DNA from: a virus
Taxonomy: Duplodnaviria; Caudoviricetes
IMG/VR virus record: IMGVR_UViG_3300033066_002392
Location: 5,121 to 69,120 of that record
Reading direction: 5' to 3' (one strand)
Length of the DNA: 64,000 nt
Part shown: in pieces, positions 47,885 to 56,664 of the stretch
Position numbering within the stretch: the stretch's first letter is position 1
Layout of the letters: the number at the start of each line of letters is the position of its first letter
Made by a program: the position numbers and the translations under genes
Notes under the pieces: model-generated
Seen by the model: the letters and a program-made list of their open reading frames with translations, nothing else
What the model was told of the DNA's origin: nothing
The model's database searches: none

Positions 47885-49638
47885 TCAAGTGTAGATGCCC
47901 ATCCGCCTGGAAAACTCCACGGCGTCTTTCGAGAGCTCCAGCCACTCGACGATTTTCCCGGGCGACCGCCAGTACCAGACCGTTCTGGTGCAGTGCTCCA
48001 GTGCGACTCCCCCTTCGTACTCGCCACCTGGGCGTTCGACGTTACTCACCTGCCAGGTGTCGCCCGTCTTGAACTTTAGCAACAGCCTGATTCGCTCTAC
48101 GGTCTCCTCGAACGTCATCCCCTGCCGCCCTTTCACTTGTGCATGAACCCGGTGAACTCCGCGGCATCCTTCGCCTCCTCGACTTGCCGGAGGAGTTTTT
48201 CCAGGCGATACGCGTGCTGGCACGTGCGCCCGCCGAACCGGTGAGCCACCGACACCAGTCTTCCGTACTTGCGGGTGCAGGTGATACCAACGACCCACCA
48301 CTCCCCGCCAGTTTTGAATTTCAGGAGGAGCTTGATGTGATCCACGGCCTCGTCGAACGTCATTAACTGCCCTCTGCGCACTTCGTCAGTGCAGCTATCT
48401 TCTGCACCGTGTCGTGGATGATGAGGAGGATGTCGATGTCGTGTCTGTCGTGGCAACCCTCCAGCAGTCCCAGTAAGACGCCGGGGGAAGAGAATGTGCA
48501 GGGCGGCTGGCACGGCCCGTTCGGGACCGTCACCCTCCCCTCGGCGTCCACCTCGGCCGTGTACTCCTTGCACCCCTTCATCAGCAGGTGGAGGCGGATG
48601 CTCTCTAGAGCGTCACTCACTTCCGTATCTCCCCGGAGTGGATGGCGTCGTGCACCACCCTGCGGGAGGTGTACCCCGGCAGCCGCTCCAGGAACGTCCT
48701 GGCGTTGACGGCGTGGCCGCACCCGTCCTTCAGCACGACGACACACTGGTGGGGCCTGCACATCTCGTACTTGCTGGTCGCCTCCACGCCCACCAGGTCG
48801 CCGAACTTCATCCTCAGAATAACCTTGATGCAGTCGACCACTTCCTCGTAGCTCACGACAGTCCCCCTCCCAGGCCGCCCTCGATCACCGCGTCCGCCTC
48901 CCGCCCCGTGGCGCACTTCCGGAGTTCGCCCAGAAGTTTCTCCAGGTCGTAGAACTCCTCGTACTCGCCCACCAGGATGACGACGACGCTGGTGCACACC
49001 TTGTCCGTCACGACCCCGTCGGGCCCGGACTCCCACTCGTAGGCGTCCGACACCGCGTAACGCGACCCCAGGCGCCGCAGAATCTCCTCCACAGCCTCGC
49101 GCATAGCTTCCCCCACCTCGTAAGCGGCCCGTGCGGCCTCCAGTCGCCGTAGCAGGCCAGTGTCAGCGTGACGTAGTCCACCGACTTCAACTGCTCGATG
49201 CGGTCCAGTAATTCCTCGGCGTCGTAGCGGATGACGCACACCTCGGTGACGATGCGGACCTTGCTACCGTTGTCGGGGTCCTGGTGAATCCCGAAGTCCT
49301 TGCCGCACTTCATCACCAGGTGCAACCGGATGCTCTCCAGCTTCTCGTTCAACCGCCCCTCCCCCTGCTTTTCACACCTTCCAGCCACTCGGGTCTCGCC
49401 CGGTTGCCAGCATGTAGATGACATCCCCCAGGTTGTCACACCTTTCCAGGTACGTCAGTAAGACGCCGGGGGAGAATCCGACCGTCGGCCGCAGAAGCCT
49501 CCGGTCGCCGGCCGCGTCGATGAAGGGGATGTGGACCACCACCCTGCCGTCTTCGGCCTCCTCGATCTCGTGCCACCGACACCCCTTCATTACCAGGTGG
49601 AGTCTGATGGACTCGAGTAGCCCCTCCCCGTCCGTCAT
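47885..49638 (-). CDS. Paralog array C: seven small proteins of 76-114 aa (47885-48118, 48133-48363, 48363-48620, 48617-48856, 48853-49104, 49008-49352, 49372-49638)
   Basis: Shared N-terminal helix E.(L/V)(E/D).I(R/K)L.L.(M/F)K and C-terminal ..LL..(L/I/V)E...D helix; variable middles. Confidence 0.75.
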
Positions 49639-50235
49639 TCATCCGCCTCCCTTCCGGGCGTTGAGCCTGCCGAACCTCGCCTCGCGCAGCGCCTCCTCTA
49701 CCCGGGCCTCCGTGGAGTACAGCCGCCTGGCGATTTCGGGCGCCGTCTTACCCTTGCCGGCCAGATACACCGCCGTCCCCGCCTCGCCCTCGCTCAGCCG
49801 CCGCTCCTCGGGGCGCGCCGGCTCGCTCACCGCCGTCACCCCCCGCTTCCTCACGTAGCCCTTCGTCGGGCGGTACTCCAGGTTGCCCAGGGCGCAGTTG
49901 CGCCGGTCGCCGTCCTTGTAACGCACCAGTGCGCAGGAGGGGTGCGGCGGGGGCAGGAAGGCCGCCAGCACCAGCTTCGCCAGCGGGAGCGCCCTGCGGA
50001 CGCCGCCCACCCTCGCGAAGGTGTACCGTATCGTCCCGCCGGTGGTGTGGGTGGCCACCGTCTTGTGGGGTTCACCCTTCTTGTCTTTCCACAAGAGGCC
50101 GTCCTCCCAGACCCAGTAGCCCGGGAGGCAGCGGAAGCGGCGAAACTCCTTGTTGCCGCGACGTAAAGTATCTGCTGGGCCGGACTTGAATTCGGCGTGC
50201 ACCGCCTGTAGTACGGACGACACGTTGCAAATCAT
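49639..50235 (-). CDS. Second degenerate HNH-like protein with C-terminal HTH
   Basis: LAKLVLAAF..VRYKDGDRRNCALGNLEY has Tyr where His is expected; TAPEIARRLYSTEARV. Confidence 0.65.
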   Translation of the reverse strand: MICNVSSVLQAVHAEFKSGPADTLRRGNKEFRRFRCLPGYWVWEDGLLWKDKKGEPHKTVATHTTGGTIRYTFARVGGVRRALPLAKLVLAAFLPPPHPSCALVRYKDGDRRNCALGNLEYRPTKGYVRKRGVTAVSEPARPEERRLSEGEAGTAVYLAGKGKTAPEIARRLYSTEARVEEALREARFGRLNARKGGG

Positions 50236-50273
50236 CGTAAGCCCTTTCCCGCCATCACCTTGATTGAGGTTGG

Positions 50274-50671
50274 ATTTCCAAGGACACCCGGTTCTGCTCT
50301 CGTAAAGCGACTGACAATTCCACAACTACTGCCTGGTTCTTCACTTGCGCCTGCATGTCACGAAGTCCGACTGTCACGAGGGGTTAGTAAGGGGTGGCCA
50401 GGGGAAACAAAAGATATTAAATTCTTACTACATCCCTCCCCCTGTCACTCCCTTATATAGGTATATATAGAGGGGGTAACATCACACTCCCATTCTAGGC
50501 CCGCTCCTCCCCCGGCGTCAATAGGATAGTATCCTATACTATCCTATTTTCTAGACTCTACCCCGTGGTGACAGTCGGACTTCGTGACATGCAGGCGGAT
50601 GTGCAGGTAGGGAATGGCTTTGCGGAATTGTCAGTCGCTTCCCAAGGGCAAGTCGCCGTGTCCTTGGAAAT
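50274..50671. repeat. Long colinear inverted repeat: 104-bp arms around a 190-bp spacer
   Basis: Perfect blocks 50274-50287/50658-50671 (14 bp), 50305-50321/50624-50640 (17 bp) and 50348-50377/50568-50597 (30 bp), all on one axis. Confidence 0.93.
50492..50548 (-). promoter_or_regulatory. Leftward sigma70-type promoter TTGACG-18-TAGAAT abutting a perfect operator-like palindrome
   Basis: -35 at 50521-50516, -10 at 50497-50492; AATAGGATAGTAT-CCT-ATACTATCCTATT at 50520-50548. Confidence 0.7.
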
Positions 50672-50700
50672 GTAATTTCCCTGGATTTTTCGGGAACCCC

Positions 50701-51285
50701 TTACATGCCAAGGACTTCCTCCCAGAAGTCGCTGTGGCACTGCATGAGGGCCTCCAGCTCCCCCGGCGTGGCCCGCAGGGTGACGACCGCCAGGCGCTGG
50801 TGGGAGGGGAAGTAGTCGGAGTAGGAGACGTAGTGCAGCCGCGTCGAGCCGCAGACGGCCATCAGGTGGTGGCACTGCGGGACGTAGTAGGCGGGCACCC
50901 GGCCGGCGAGGGCCTCCTGGTGCGACTGCTTGTTGGGGCACTTGATTTCGATCGGGAGGTTGATGTACTCGACGTAGCCGTCGAACGACGCCCGCACGAA
51001 GGGGAGAGCCTCGTGCTCGGCGCAGCAGTCCTCGGGGTCGAAGCCCGTGAAGTCCCGGTAGGCCTGGGCCACCAGGGGCTCGAGGCGCCTGCCTCGCGCC
51101 ATGGCGAAGCTGTCGAACGATTTGGGCTGGCCGCCGTGGAGTGCGTTGTACTTCTCCTGTAGGAGCTGGAAGCGGGTTGTCCACGGTGACAGCCCCACCA
51201 CCGCGGCGGCGTCACTGCCGCCGATCCCCTGCGAGCGCCAGGCGAGCCACTCGGGGCTGCGCTGCGCCAGGGTCACCTTCTTCAT
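50701..51285 (-). CDS. YqaJ/lambda-exonuclease-like recombination nuclease
   Basis: QRSPEWLAWR..GIGGSD, ASFDG, EIKCP, YYVPQC. Confidence 0.9.
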   Translation of the reverse strand: MKKVTLAQRSPEWLAWRSQGIGGSDAAAVVGLSPWTTRFQLLQEKYNALHGGQPKSFDSFAMARGRRLEPLVAQAYRDFTGFDPEDCCAEHEALPFVRASFDGYVEYINLPIEIKCPNKQSHQEALAGRVPAYYVPQCHHLMAVCGSTRLHYVSYSDYFPSHQRLAVVTLRATPGELEALMQCHSDFWEEVLGM

Positions 51286-51291
51286 GCGATA

Positions 51292-51648
51292 CTACCTCTT
51301 GCTGGCCGCCGCCTTCCCCGGCGTCATCGCCGCCTTGAGCCTCTCGTCGGAGGCCCGCAGCTCCTCGATCAACGGGCCGAGGTGCCGGCGGAGAACGTTC
51401 GATACGACCTGCTCGGCCGTCATCCCGCTCAGGGTGCAGGCTAATTCTACCGCGGAGGCCAGGTCCCCGCTAAGCCCCACCGCCGCCCCGCCGCCGCCGT
51501 CGGCCGCGTCCTTGAGCACCCGGCGCACCGTGTCCGAGATGCCACTCTCCCCGGCGTCCTTCTGCATCTGCCTCAGTCTCGCGTCCACCGACTCGGGCAC
51601 CAGCACGGAGTAGCGGATCAGGGCCTCCTTGTTTCGCTGCCTTCCCAC
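51292..51648 (-). CDS. Ribbon-helix-helix-like regulator; candidate repressor
   Basis: RYSVLVPESVDARLRQM..ISDTVRRVL; located at the divergent transcription junction. Confidence 0.5.
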   Translation of the reverse strand: MGRQRNKEALIRYSVLVPESVDARLRQMQKDAGESGISDTVRRVLKDAADGGGGAAVGLSGDLASAVELACTLSGMTAEQVVSNVLRRHLGPLIEELRASDERLKAAMTPGKAAASKR

Positions 51649-51675
51649 TTTCTCACCTCGTCTCTGATTTTCCAC

Positions 51676-51687
51676 AATAGTACTATT
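51676..51687. promoter_or_regulatory. Palindrome AATAGTACTATT in the divergent promoter region
   Basis: Perfect 12-bp palindrome; GTACTATT recurs at 51764-51771. Confidence 0.55.
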
Positions 51688-51857
51688 CTTGCGTACACTA
51701 GAGCGCGGTATACTCCTTTCATCCACCGCCCCGCACATCGCGGCCCGGCCGTCCCCGCGCTACGTACTATTGTATACCGCGTATCACGAAGGTGAAAGGC
51801 TGATTCCACGTCTTTCATGACCATTCCCAGCGGCGGAATTCGGGTTATGATGGGGAT

Positions 51858-52148
51858 GTGGAGGGAAATCGTATGCGAGATGACGCTGGGTTCTTCGTGC
51901 CGGACGAGGTCGTCGACGCGATCCCGCACATCACCCTTCCGGGCCTTCACCTCTACCTGCTGCTCGGGCGCTCCAGGACGCTGGGGGGTTACCCCACGCT
52001 GGACTCCCTCGCGCGGGAGATGGGGAAGAAGAAGGTCGACGTTTGGAAGTTTGTCGGGCTGCTCTACGAGCGGAAATTCATCAACGATGCTGACGTGGAG
52101 CAGCTCATGGAGGCGGCGGAAACGGACGACGAGGGGGTTGACTCATGA
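51858..52148 (+). CDS. Small winged-helix protein resembling a replication initiator N-terminus
   Basis: LHLYLLL..YPTLDSLAREMG..VWKFVGLLYERKFI. Confidence 0.6.
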   Translation: MEGNRMRDDAGFFVPDEVVDAIPHITLPGLHLYLLLGRSRTLGGYPTLDSLAREMGKKKVDVWKFVGLLYERKFINDADVEQLMEAAETDDEGVDS

Positions 52149-52256
52149 CGCTCAGCGACGAGGCCCGCGCGGCCGCGGTGTGGTGGTTCGAGGGGTTGAG
52201 TGACGACATGCGTGGCGAGGTGCTGGACGCCTACCGCGCCGAGGGGGGGTGCAACT

Positions 52257-53009
52257 GTGGCCGCAAGGAAGAAGTCGACGACCGCGATGGTGCCGGCGGC
52301 TGAGCTGAGCACCAGGGAGGTGGCCGCCGCCTGCGCCGGCAGCGGGTTCTTCGCGGACTCCCGCGACGCCGGCCAGGCCATCGTCAAGATGGCCGCCGCC
52401 CGCGAACTGGGCATGGGGCCCATGGCCGGCATGACCGGCGTCTACATCGTCAAGGGCCGGGTCACCCTGTCGGCCAACCTGATGGCGGCGGCCATCCAGA
52501 AGAGCGGCACCCACCGCTACCGGGTGAGGAAGCACACCAACCAGGAGTGCTCGATCGAGTTCTTCGAGAAGGAGGCCGACGGCACATGGGAGTCGCTGGC
52601 CACCGTCACCTTCACGGAGGCCGACGCCAAGGCCGCGGGGCTCAGCTCGGGCGACAACTGGCGGAAGTACCCGAAGAACATGCTCTTCGCCCGCGCGATG
52701 AGCAACGGGGCGAAGTGGCACACCCCCGGCGTCTTCGCCGGCAACCCGGTCTACACGCCCGACGAACTGGACTCGTCGGCCGAGATGACGGAGGAGGGCG
52801 ACTTCGTCGTCAAGGCGGCAATCACTTCCCCTCCCCCGGCGTCTTCCGAGGAGGAGGATGACGGCGACGACCTGGTGACGCTGTGCCGCAAGGCCGGCAC
52901 CACCCCGGAGCGGGTGGCGAGAAACTACAACAAAAGGCTCCTCAGCGACCTGAACGCCGAGGAGCGGAAGAACGCGGAAAAACTACTCAAGGCGAAGCAA
53001 GAGGTCTGA
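52257..53009 (+). CDS. RecT/Redbeta-like single-strand annealing protein
   Basis: ELGMGPM..GVYIVKGRVTLSANLM, NWRKYPKNMLFARA, VYTPDEL; near the YqaJ-like exonuclease. Confidence 0.75.
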   Translation: MAARKKSTTAMVPAAELSTREVAAACAGSGFFADSRDAGQAIVKMAAARELGMGPMAGMTGVYIVKGRVTLSANLMAAAIQKSGTHRYRVRKHTNQECSIEFFEKEADGTWESLATVTFTEADAKAAGLSSGDNWRKYPKNMLFARAMSNGAKWHTPGVFAGNPVYTPDELDSSAEMTEEGDFVVKAAITSPPPASSEEEDDGDDLVTLCRKAGTTPERVARNYNKRLLSDLNAEERKNAEKLLKAKQEV

Positions 53010-53016
53010 AAGAGCG

Positions 53017-53547
53017 ATGTCCGACAACCTGCGTCACTTCAAGGAAAAGCAGCTGTACCAGGCGATCGTCACCAAGCAGGAGTTCGTCAAGGACTCCAAG
53101 GGCGTCGAGACCCTGTCACTGGTGGCCCGCCTGCAGGGCGAGCTGGTCAACAACTTCGACCCCGACGCCGGGGTCATCGAGGAGGGCGTCCCCCGGGTGA
53201 ACGTCGAGGTGCGCCTCGCCTTCCCGGTGGACGACAGCAACCGCTTCCGCATCGCCATCAAGGACCTCACCAACCTCGGCTACGAGGAGGAGGACCTGGA
53301 GGCGCTGAACCCGGCCAACCGCGGCAAGCCGAAGGCGAAGTTCTTCGAGCTGGAGGGCAAGACGGTGTACGTCGCCCCCAGCTACAAGATGTACTCCGAC
53401 TCCGAGCGCGTCTACTGGAACCTCCGGTTCCCCAAGGGCCGCAAGGGCGAGGAGATCCCCGCCGGCGCCGCGAAGAAGAGCGCCAGCGCGGAGAAGTACA
53501 AGGAGCTGCTCCGCTCCGTCCGCGAGGAGAAGGCCGGGGCCTTCTGA
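53017..53547 (+). CDS. Putative single-stranded DNA-binding protein
   Basis: Position after the SSAP; OB-like composition; C-terminal AF. Confidence 0.4.
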   Translation: MSDNLRHFKEKQLYQAIVTKQEFVKDSKGVETLSLVARLQGELVNNFDPDAGVIEEGVPRVNVEVRLAFPVDDSNRFRIAIKDLTNLGYEEEDLEALNPANRGKPKAKFFELEGKTVYVAPSYKMYSDSERVYWNLRFPKGRKGEEIPAGAAKKSASAEKYKELLRSVREEKAGAF

Positions 53548-53579
53548 TCGCTCCCCCGGCGTGGTTCGCCAGCCGGGTA

Positions 53580-53612
53580 ACCCGGTGCCCTCGTAAGGGG
53601 CACCGGGTCTTT
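53580..53612 (+). terminator. Rho-independent terminator-like hairpin
   Basis: ACCCGGTGCCC/GGGCACCGGGT stem followed by CTTT. Confidence 0.7.
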
Positions 53613-53613
53613 C

Positions 53614-53692
53614 GTCGCGGGTGCGGTGGGCAAGGGCAGGTAGGCGCGCGCGTAAGCCTGATCCCGGCTGGTTCGACCCCAGCCCCGTGGCC
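53614..53692 (+). ncRNA. tRNA-like element with intact acceptor stem and T-arm but aberrant D and anticodon arms
   Basis: GTCGCGGG/CCCGTGGC stem; GCTGG-TTCGACC-CCAGC T-arm; TAGGC/GCCTG stem with a 10-nt loop. Confidence 0.4.
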
Positions 53693-53791
53693 TTCAATCA
53701 ACTGAACCGCTGGCAACACCCGCAGGGCGGCGTGGCGGAGACGCCCGCAGCCCCCGTAACCACTCTTCCCCCGGCGCCCTGGGAGGCCGTC

Positions 53792-54208
53792 ATGCCGTTC
53801 GCCGAGTGCTTCAGTTTCGAGGAGTGTGTCGCCTTCTGCGTCATCACCCTCGCGGCCTTCTGCCTCATCGCCTTCATCCACTGGCTGGACAGTCGCAAAT
53901 GAGCTACCAGGATGCCGCCGCCGCGGTGGCGTGGTTCGTCGTCTTCGTGTTGCTTTCCATCTTCCTGGCCCAGCACCAGGGCTGCATCCACTGAGGCAGA
54001 AATGACGTTACTTTACACGCTGCTGGTAATCAACCTCTACGGCATGGGCGCCGCGACGTCGATGACTTTCCTCTACTACGTGGTGTCCGGGCGGGACAAG
54101 GACACGGCTCACGTGGCGGCCTTGCTGTCGCTCATCTGGCCCGTCGCATTGCCGCCCATCTTCGCCGCCTGGCTCTCCGAGAAGTTCTTCCGCTACCTCG
54201 GCTACTAA
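53792..54208 (+). CDS. Three tiny membrane proteins (53792-53902, 53899-53994, 54002-54208)
   Basis: Each has a hydrophobic helix; the first two overlap by ATGA. Confidence 0.55.
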
Positions 54209-54233
54209 CACTCCCCGGCGGAACACCCCCACC

Positions 54234-56663
54234 ATGGTTGACCTGTCCTCCCTTCCGGCGTACGCCGCGGCGTCGCTGCGCGCACTCGGCCCCGTCGCCA
54301 CGGAGCGCGACGGCTGGCTGTGCCACTGCCCCAACCCCCGCCACGGGGGCGACTCCCACCCCAGCCTGCGGGTCACCGTGGGCGACTCCGGGCGCCTGCT
54401 AGTCCTCTGCCGCTCCGGCTGCCCCACCGGCGAAGTGCTCCAGGCCGCGGGCCTCACTTACCGCGACCTGCACTGCCCCGCCGGCGAGACGCCGCTGGAG
54501 CCCCTGGCGATGGAGGCCAGCGAACTTACCCAGGCCGACGCCGAGCTCCGCGACGAGGTCTACCGCTCCCTCCTCGGCGTCCTGAAGCTGGGCGGCGAGC
54601 ACCTGAAGTCGCTGCTGGCCCGGGGCCTCGACGCCCAGGCCGTCTCCGCCAACCAGTACCGCACGCTGGACCGCGCCGCCAAGGCGTCGGCGCCCAAGAA
54701 GCTCTTCCGGGAGTACGGCGACTCCCTCTTCGGCGTCCCGGGCTTCCGGCCCTCCGGCGGCGGGGCCTCCTTCTCCACCGGCGTGGAGGGCATCGTCATC
54801 CCCTGCCGCAGCCGCGAGGGCCTGATAGTCGCCCTCAAGGTGCGGCGCGACGACAAGGGCGAGGGCCCTCGCTACGTCTACCTCAGCGGCACCCAGGAAG
54901 GGGAAGTCTCCTCCGGCACGCACCTGCACCACCCGGTCCCTCCCCCCGGCGTCCTCCACGGCGACTACGTCCTGGTGACCGAGGGTGAACTGAAGGCCGA
55001 CGTCACCCAGCACCTCACGGGGCGGCAGTGCGTTTCCGTCCCCGGCGTCTCCCTGTGGCGCAAGGCCGTGGACGAGCTGGCCGACATCGCCGATGCCAGG
55101 GCCCGCACCGTCGTCGCCTTCGACTGGCCCGACGTGGTGAAGAACTACGCCGTCTTCAGTGCCGCCAGGGACTTCATTCGCGGCCTGCGGGACGTGGGCG
55201 TCAACGCCTCGCTCCTCACCTGGGACGAGAAGCTGGGCAAGGGCGTCGACGACATGTACGCCGGCGGCGGCGTTCCCGTCACCGTCTCGGGCGAGGACCT
55301 GACGCGGAAGCTGGACGCCCTGGAGCAGGCCCACAACCACGTGCCCATGCCCGTGGCGACGGCGAGCCTGGTGAGCGGCGAGGCGGGGTGGAAGCCCGCG
55401 CCCTTCCCCACCTGGGTGTTCCCGCCGAAGGTGGCGGCCTTCGTCAAGGAGGTGTCCACCAGCAAGAGCTGCCCGGCCGACTTCCCGGGCACCGCCTGCC
55501 TCAACGTCGCCGCCAGCGCCGTCGGCACGACTCGCGCCATCCGCATGAAGAGCGACTGGGTGGAGCGACCCTGCCTCTACTCCATCATCGTGGCCGAGGC
55601 GGGCAGCAGGAAGTCTCCCGCCCTGAAGGCGGTGCTGGCCCCCGTCTACCGCCACCAGGGCCTCATCTACTCGCGGGACGAGAAGTCCTCCGAGACGGTG
55701 TACGTCAACGACTCCACCCTGGAGGCGCTGGGCGCGGTCCTGGAGAAGAACCCCCGCGGCGTCCTGCAGTTCCGCGACGAGGCGGCGGGCTTCTTCCTCG
55801 ACTTCAACAAGTACCGCGGCGGCAAGGGCGGCGACCGGCAGGCGTACCTCACCTTCTGGAGCTGCGAGCCCTGGAAAATTAACCGCAAGAGCGGCGACCC
55901 CATCCACATCCCCATGCCCTACGTCTCCATCCTCGGCGGCATTCAGCCGGCCCTGCTGTCGGAGATGGAGGACAGGAGTGGGCGCGAGGACGGCTTCATC
56001 CACCGCTTCGACTTCTCGATGCCCGAGGCGCAGACGTACCCGGGCTGGGACGAGTCCTTCGTGAGCGAGTCGGCGATGGCCGACTGGTCGGAGGCGGTCA
56101 CCCACCTCTACACCCTCAAGCACCGCGAGGAGCAGGTGGGCGACGGCAAGACGATGGCCCACAGCCACGTCCTCAACCTCAGCCCGGCGGCGAAGCGGCT
56201 CTACGTCGACTGGTACAACGCCCACCAGGACGAGATCCGCAACCTCGTCGACCTCAAGCTGAAGGGGCCGTGGGCCAAGATGGAGGCCAAGTGCGCCCGC
56301 TACGCCCTGGTGCTGCGGCTCCTCTGGACTGAGGACCCCGACGGCCTGGAGGAGGTGCAGGCGGGCGACGTGGAGCGGGCGATCGCGCTGGTGGACTACT
56401 ACAAGAGCCACTCCCGCGGCGTCTACTCTCGGCTGAAAAACACCGCCGAGGACGACCACGTCGTGCGCCTGCTGCAGCTGGTGGCCGCCAGCCCCGGCCA
56501 GTCGGTGACGGTGCGCGAGGCGATGCGCGGCCTGAAGCTGCACACGAAGACGGCAACGTCGGCCGTCTTCAAGCGGGCGGCCGACCTGGGCAAGGGGAGC
56601 GTCGCCCGGCTCAGCTACCCCAACAACCGCTCGGCCGAGGTGTTCACCACGAGGGAGGATTGA
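54234..56663 (+). CDS. Primase-helicase: Zn-finger + Toprim (DUF3854-like) + DUF3987/YfjI-like NTPase
   Basis: CHCPNPRHGGDSHPSL..CRSGC; VTEGELKAD; VVAFD; AEAGSRKS; DSTLEAL..RDEAAG. Confidence 0.8.
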   Translation: MVDLSSLPAYAAASLRALGPVATERDGWLCHCPNPRHGGDSHPSLRVTVGDSGRLLVLCRSGCPTGEVLQAAGLTYRDLHCPAGETPLEPLAMEASELTQADAELRDEVYRSLLGVLKLGGEHLKSLLARGLDAQAVSANQYRTLDRAAKASAPKKLFREYGDSLFGVPGFRPSGGGASFSTGVEGIVIPCRSREGLIVALKVRRDDKGEGPRYVYLSGTQEGEVSSGTHLHHPVPPPGVLHGDYVLVTEGELKADVTQHLTGRQCVSVPGVSLWRKAVDELADIADARARTVVAFDWPDVVKNYAVFSAARDFIRGLRDVGVNASLLTWDEKLGKGVDDMYAGGGVPVTVSGEDLTRKLDALEQAHNHVPMPVATASLVSGEAGWKPAPFPTWVFPPKVAAFVKEVSTSKSCPADFPGTACLNVAASAVGTTRAIRMKSDWVERPCLYSIIVAEAGSRKSPALKAVLAPVYRHQGLIYSRDEKSSETVYVNDSTLEALGAVLEKNPRGVLQFRDEAAGFFLDFNKYRGGKGGDRQAYLTFWSCEPWKINRKSGDPIHIPMPYVSILGGIQPALLSEMEDRSGREDGFIHRFDFSMPEAQTYPGWDESFVSESAMADWSEAVTHLYTLKHREEQVGDGKTMAHSHVLNLSPAAKRLYVDWYNAHQDEIRNLVDLKLKGPWAKMEAKCARYALVLRLLWTEDPDGLEEVQAGDVERAIALVDYYKSHSRGVYSRLKNTAEDDHVVRLLQLVAASPGQSVTVREAMRGLKLHTKTATSAVFKRAADLGKGSVARLSYPNNRSAEVFTTRED

Positions 56664-56664
56664 A

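Noticed and set aside
50236-50325. N-terminal extension of ORF 49639-50325 and ORFs overlapping 50260-50700
   Set aside because: They overlap the inverted-repeat arm and AT-rich regulatory DNA with atypical codons; region treated as non-coding
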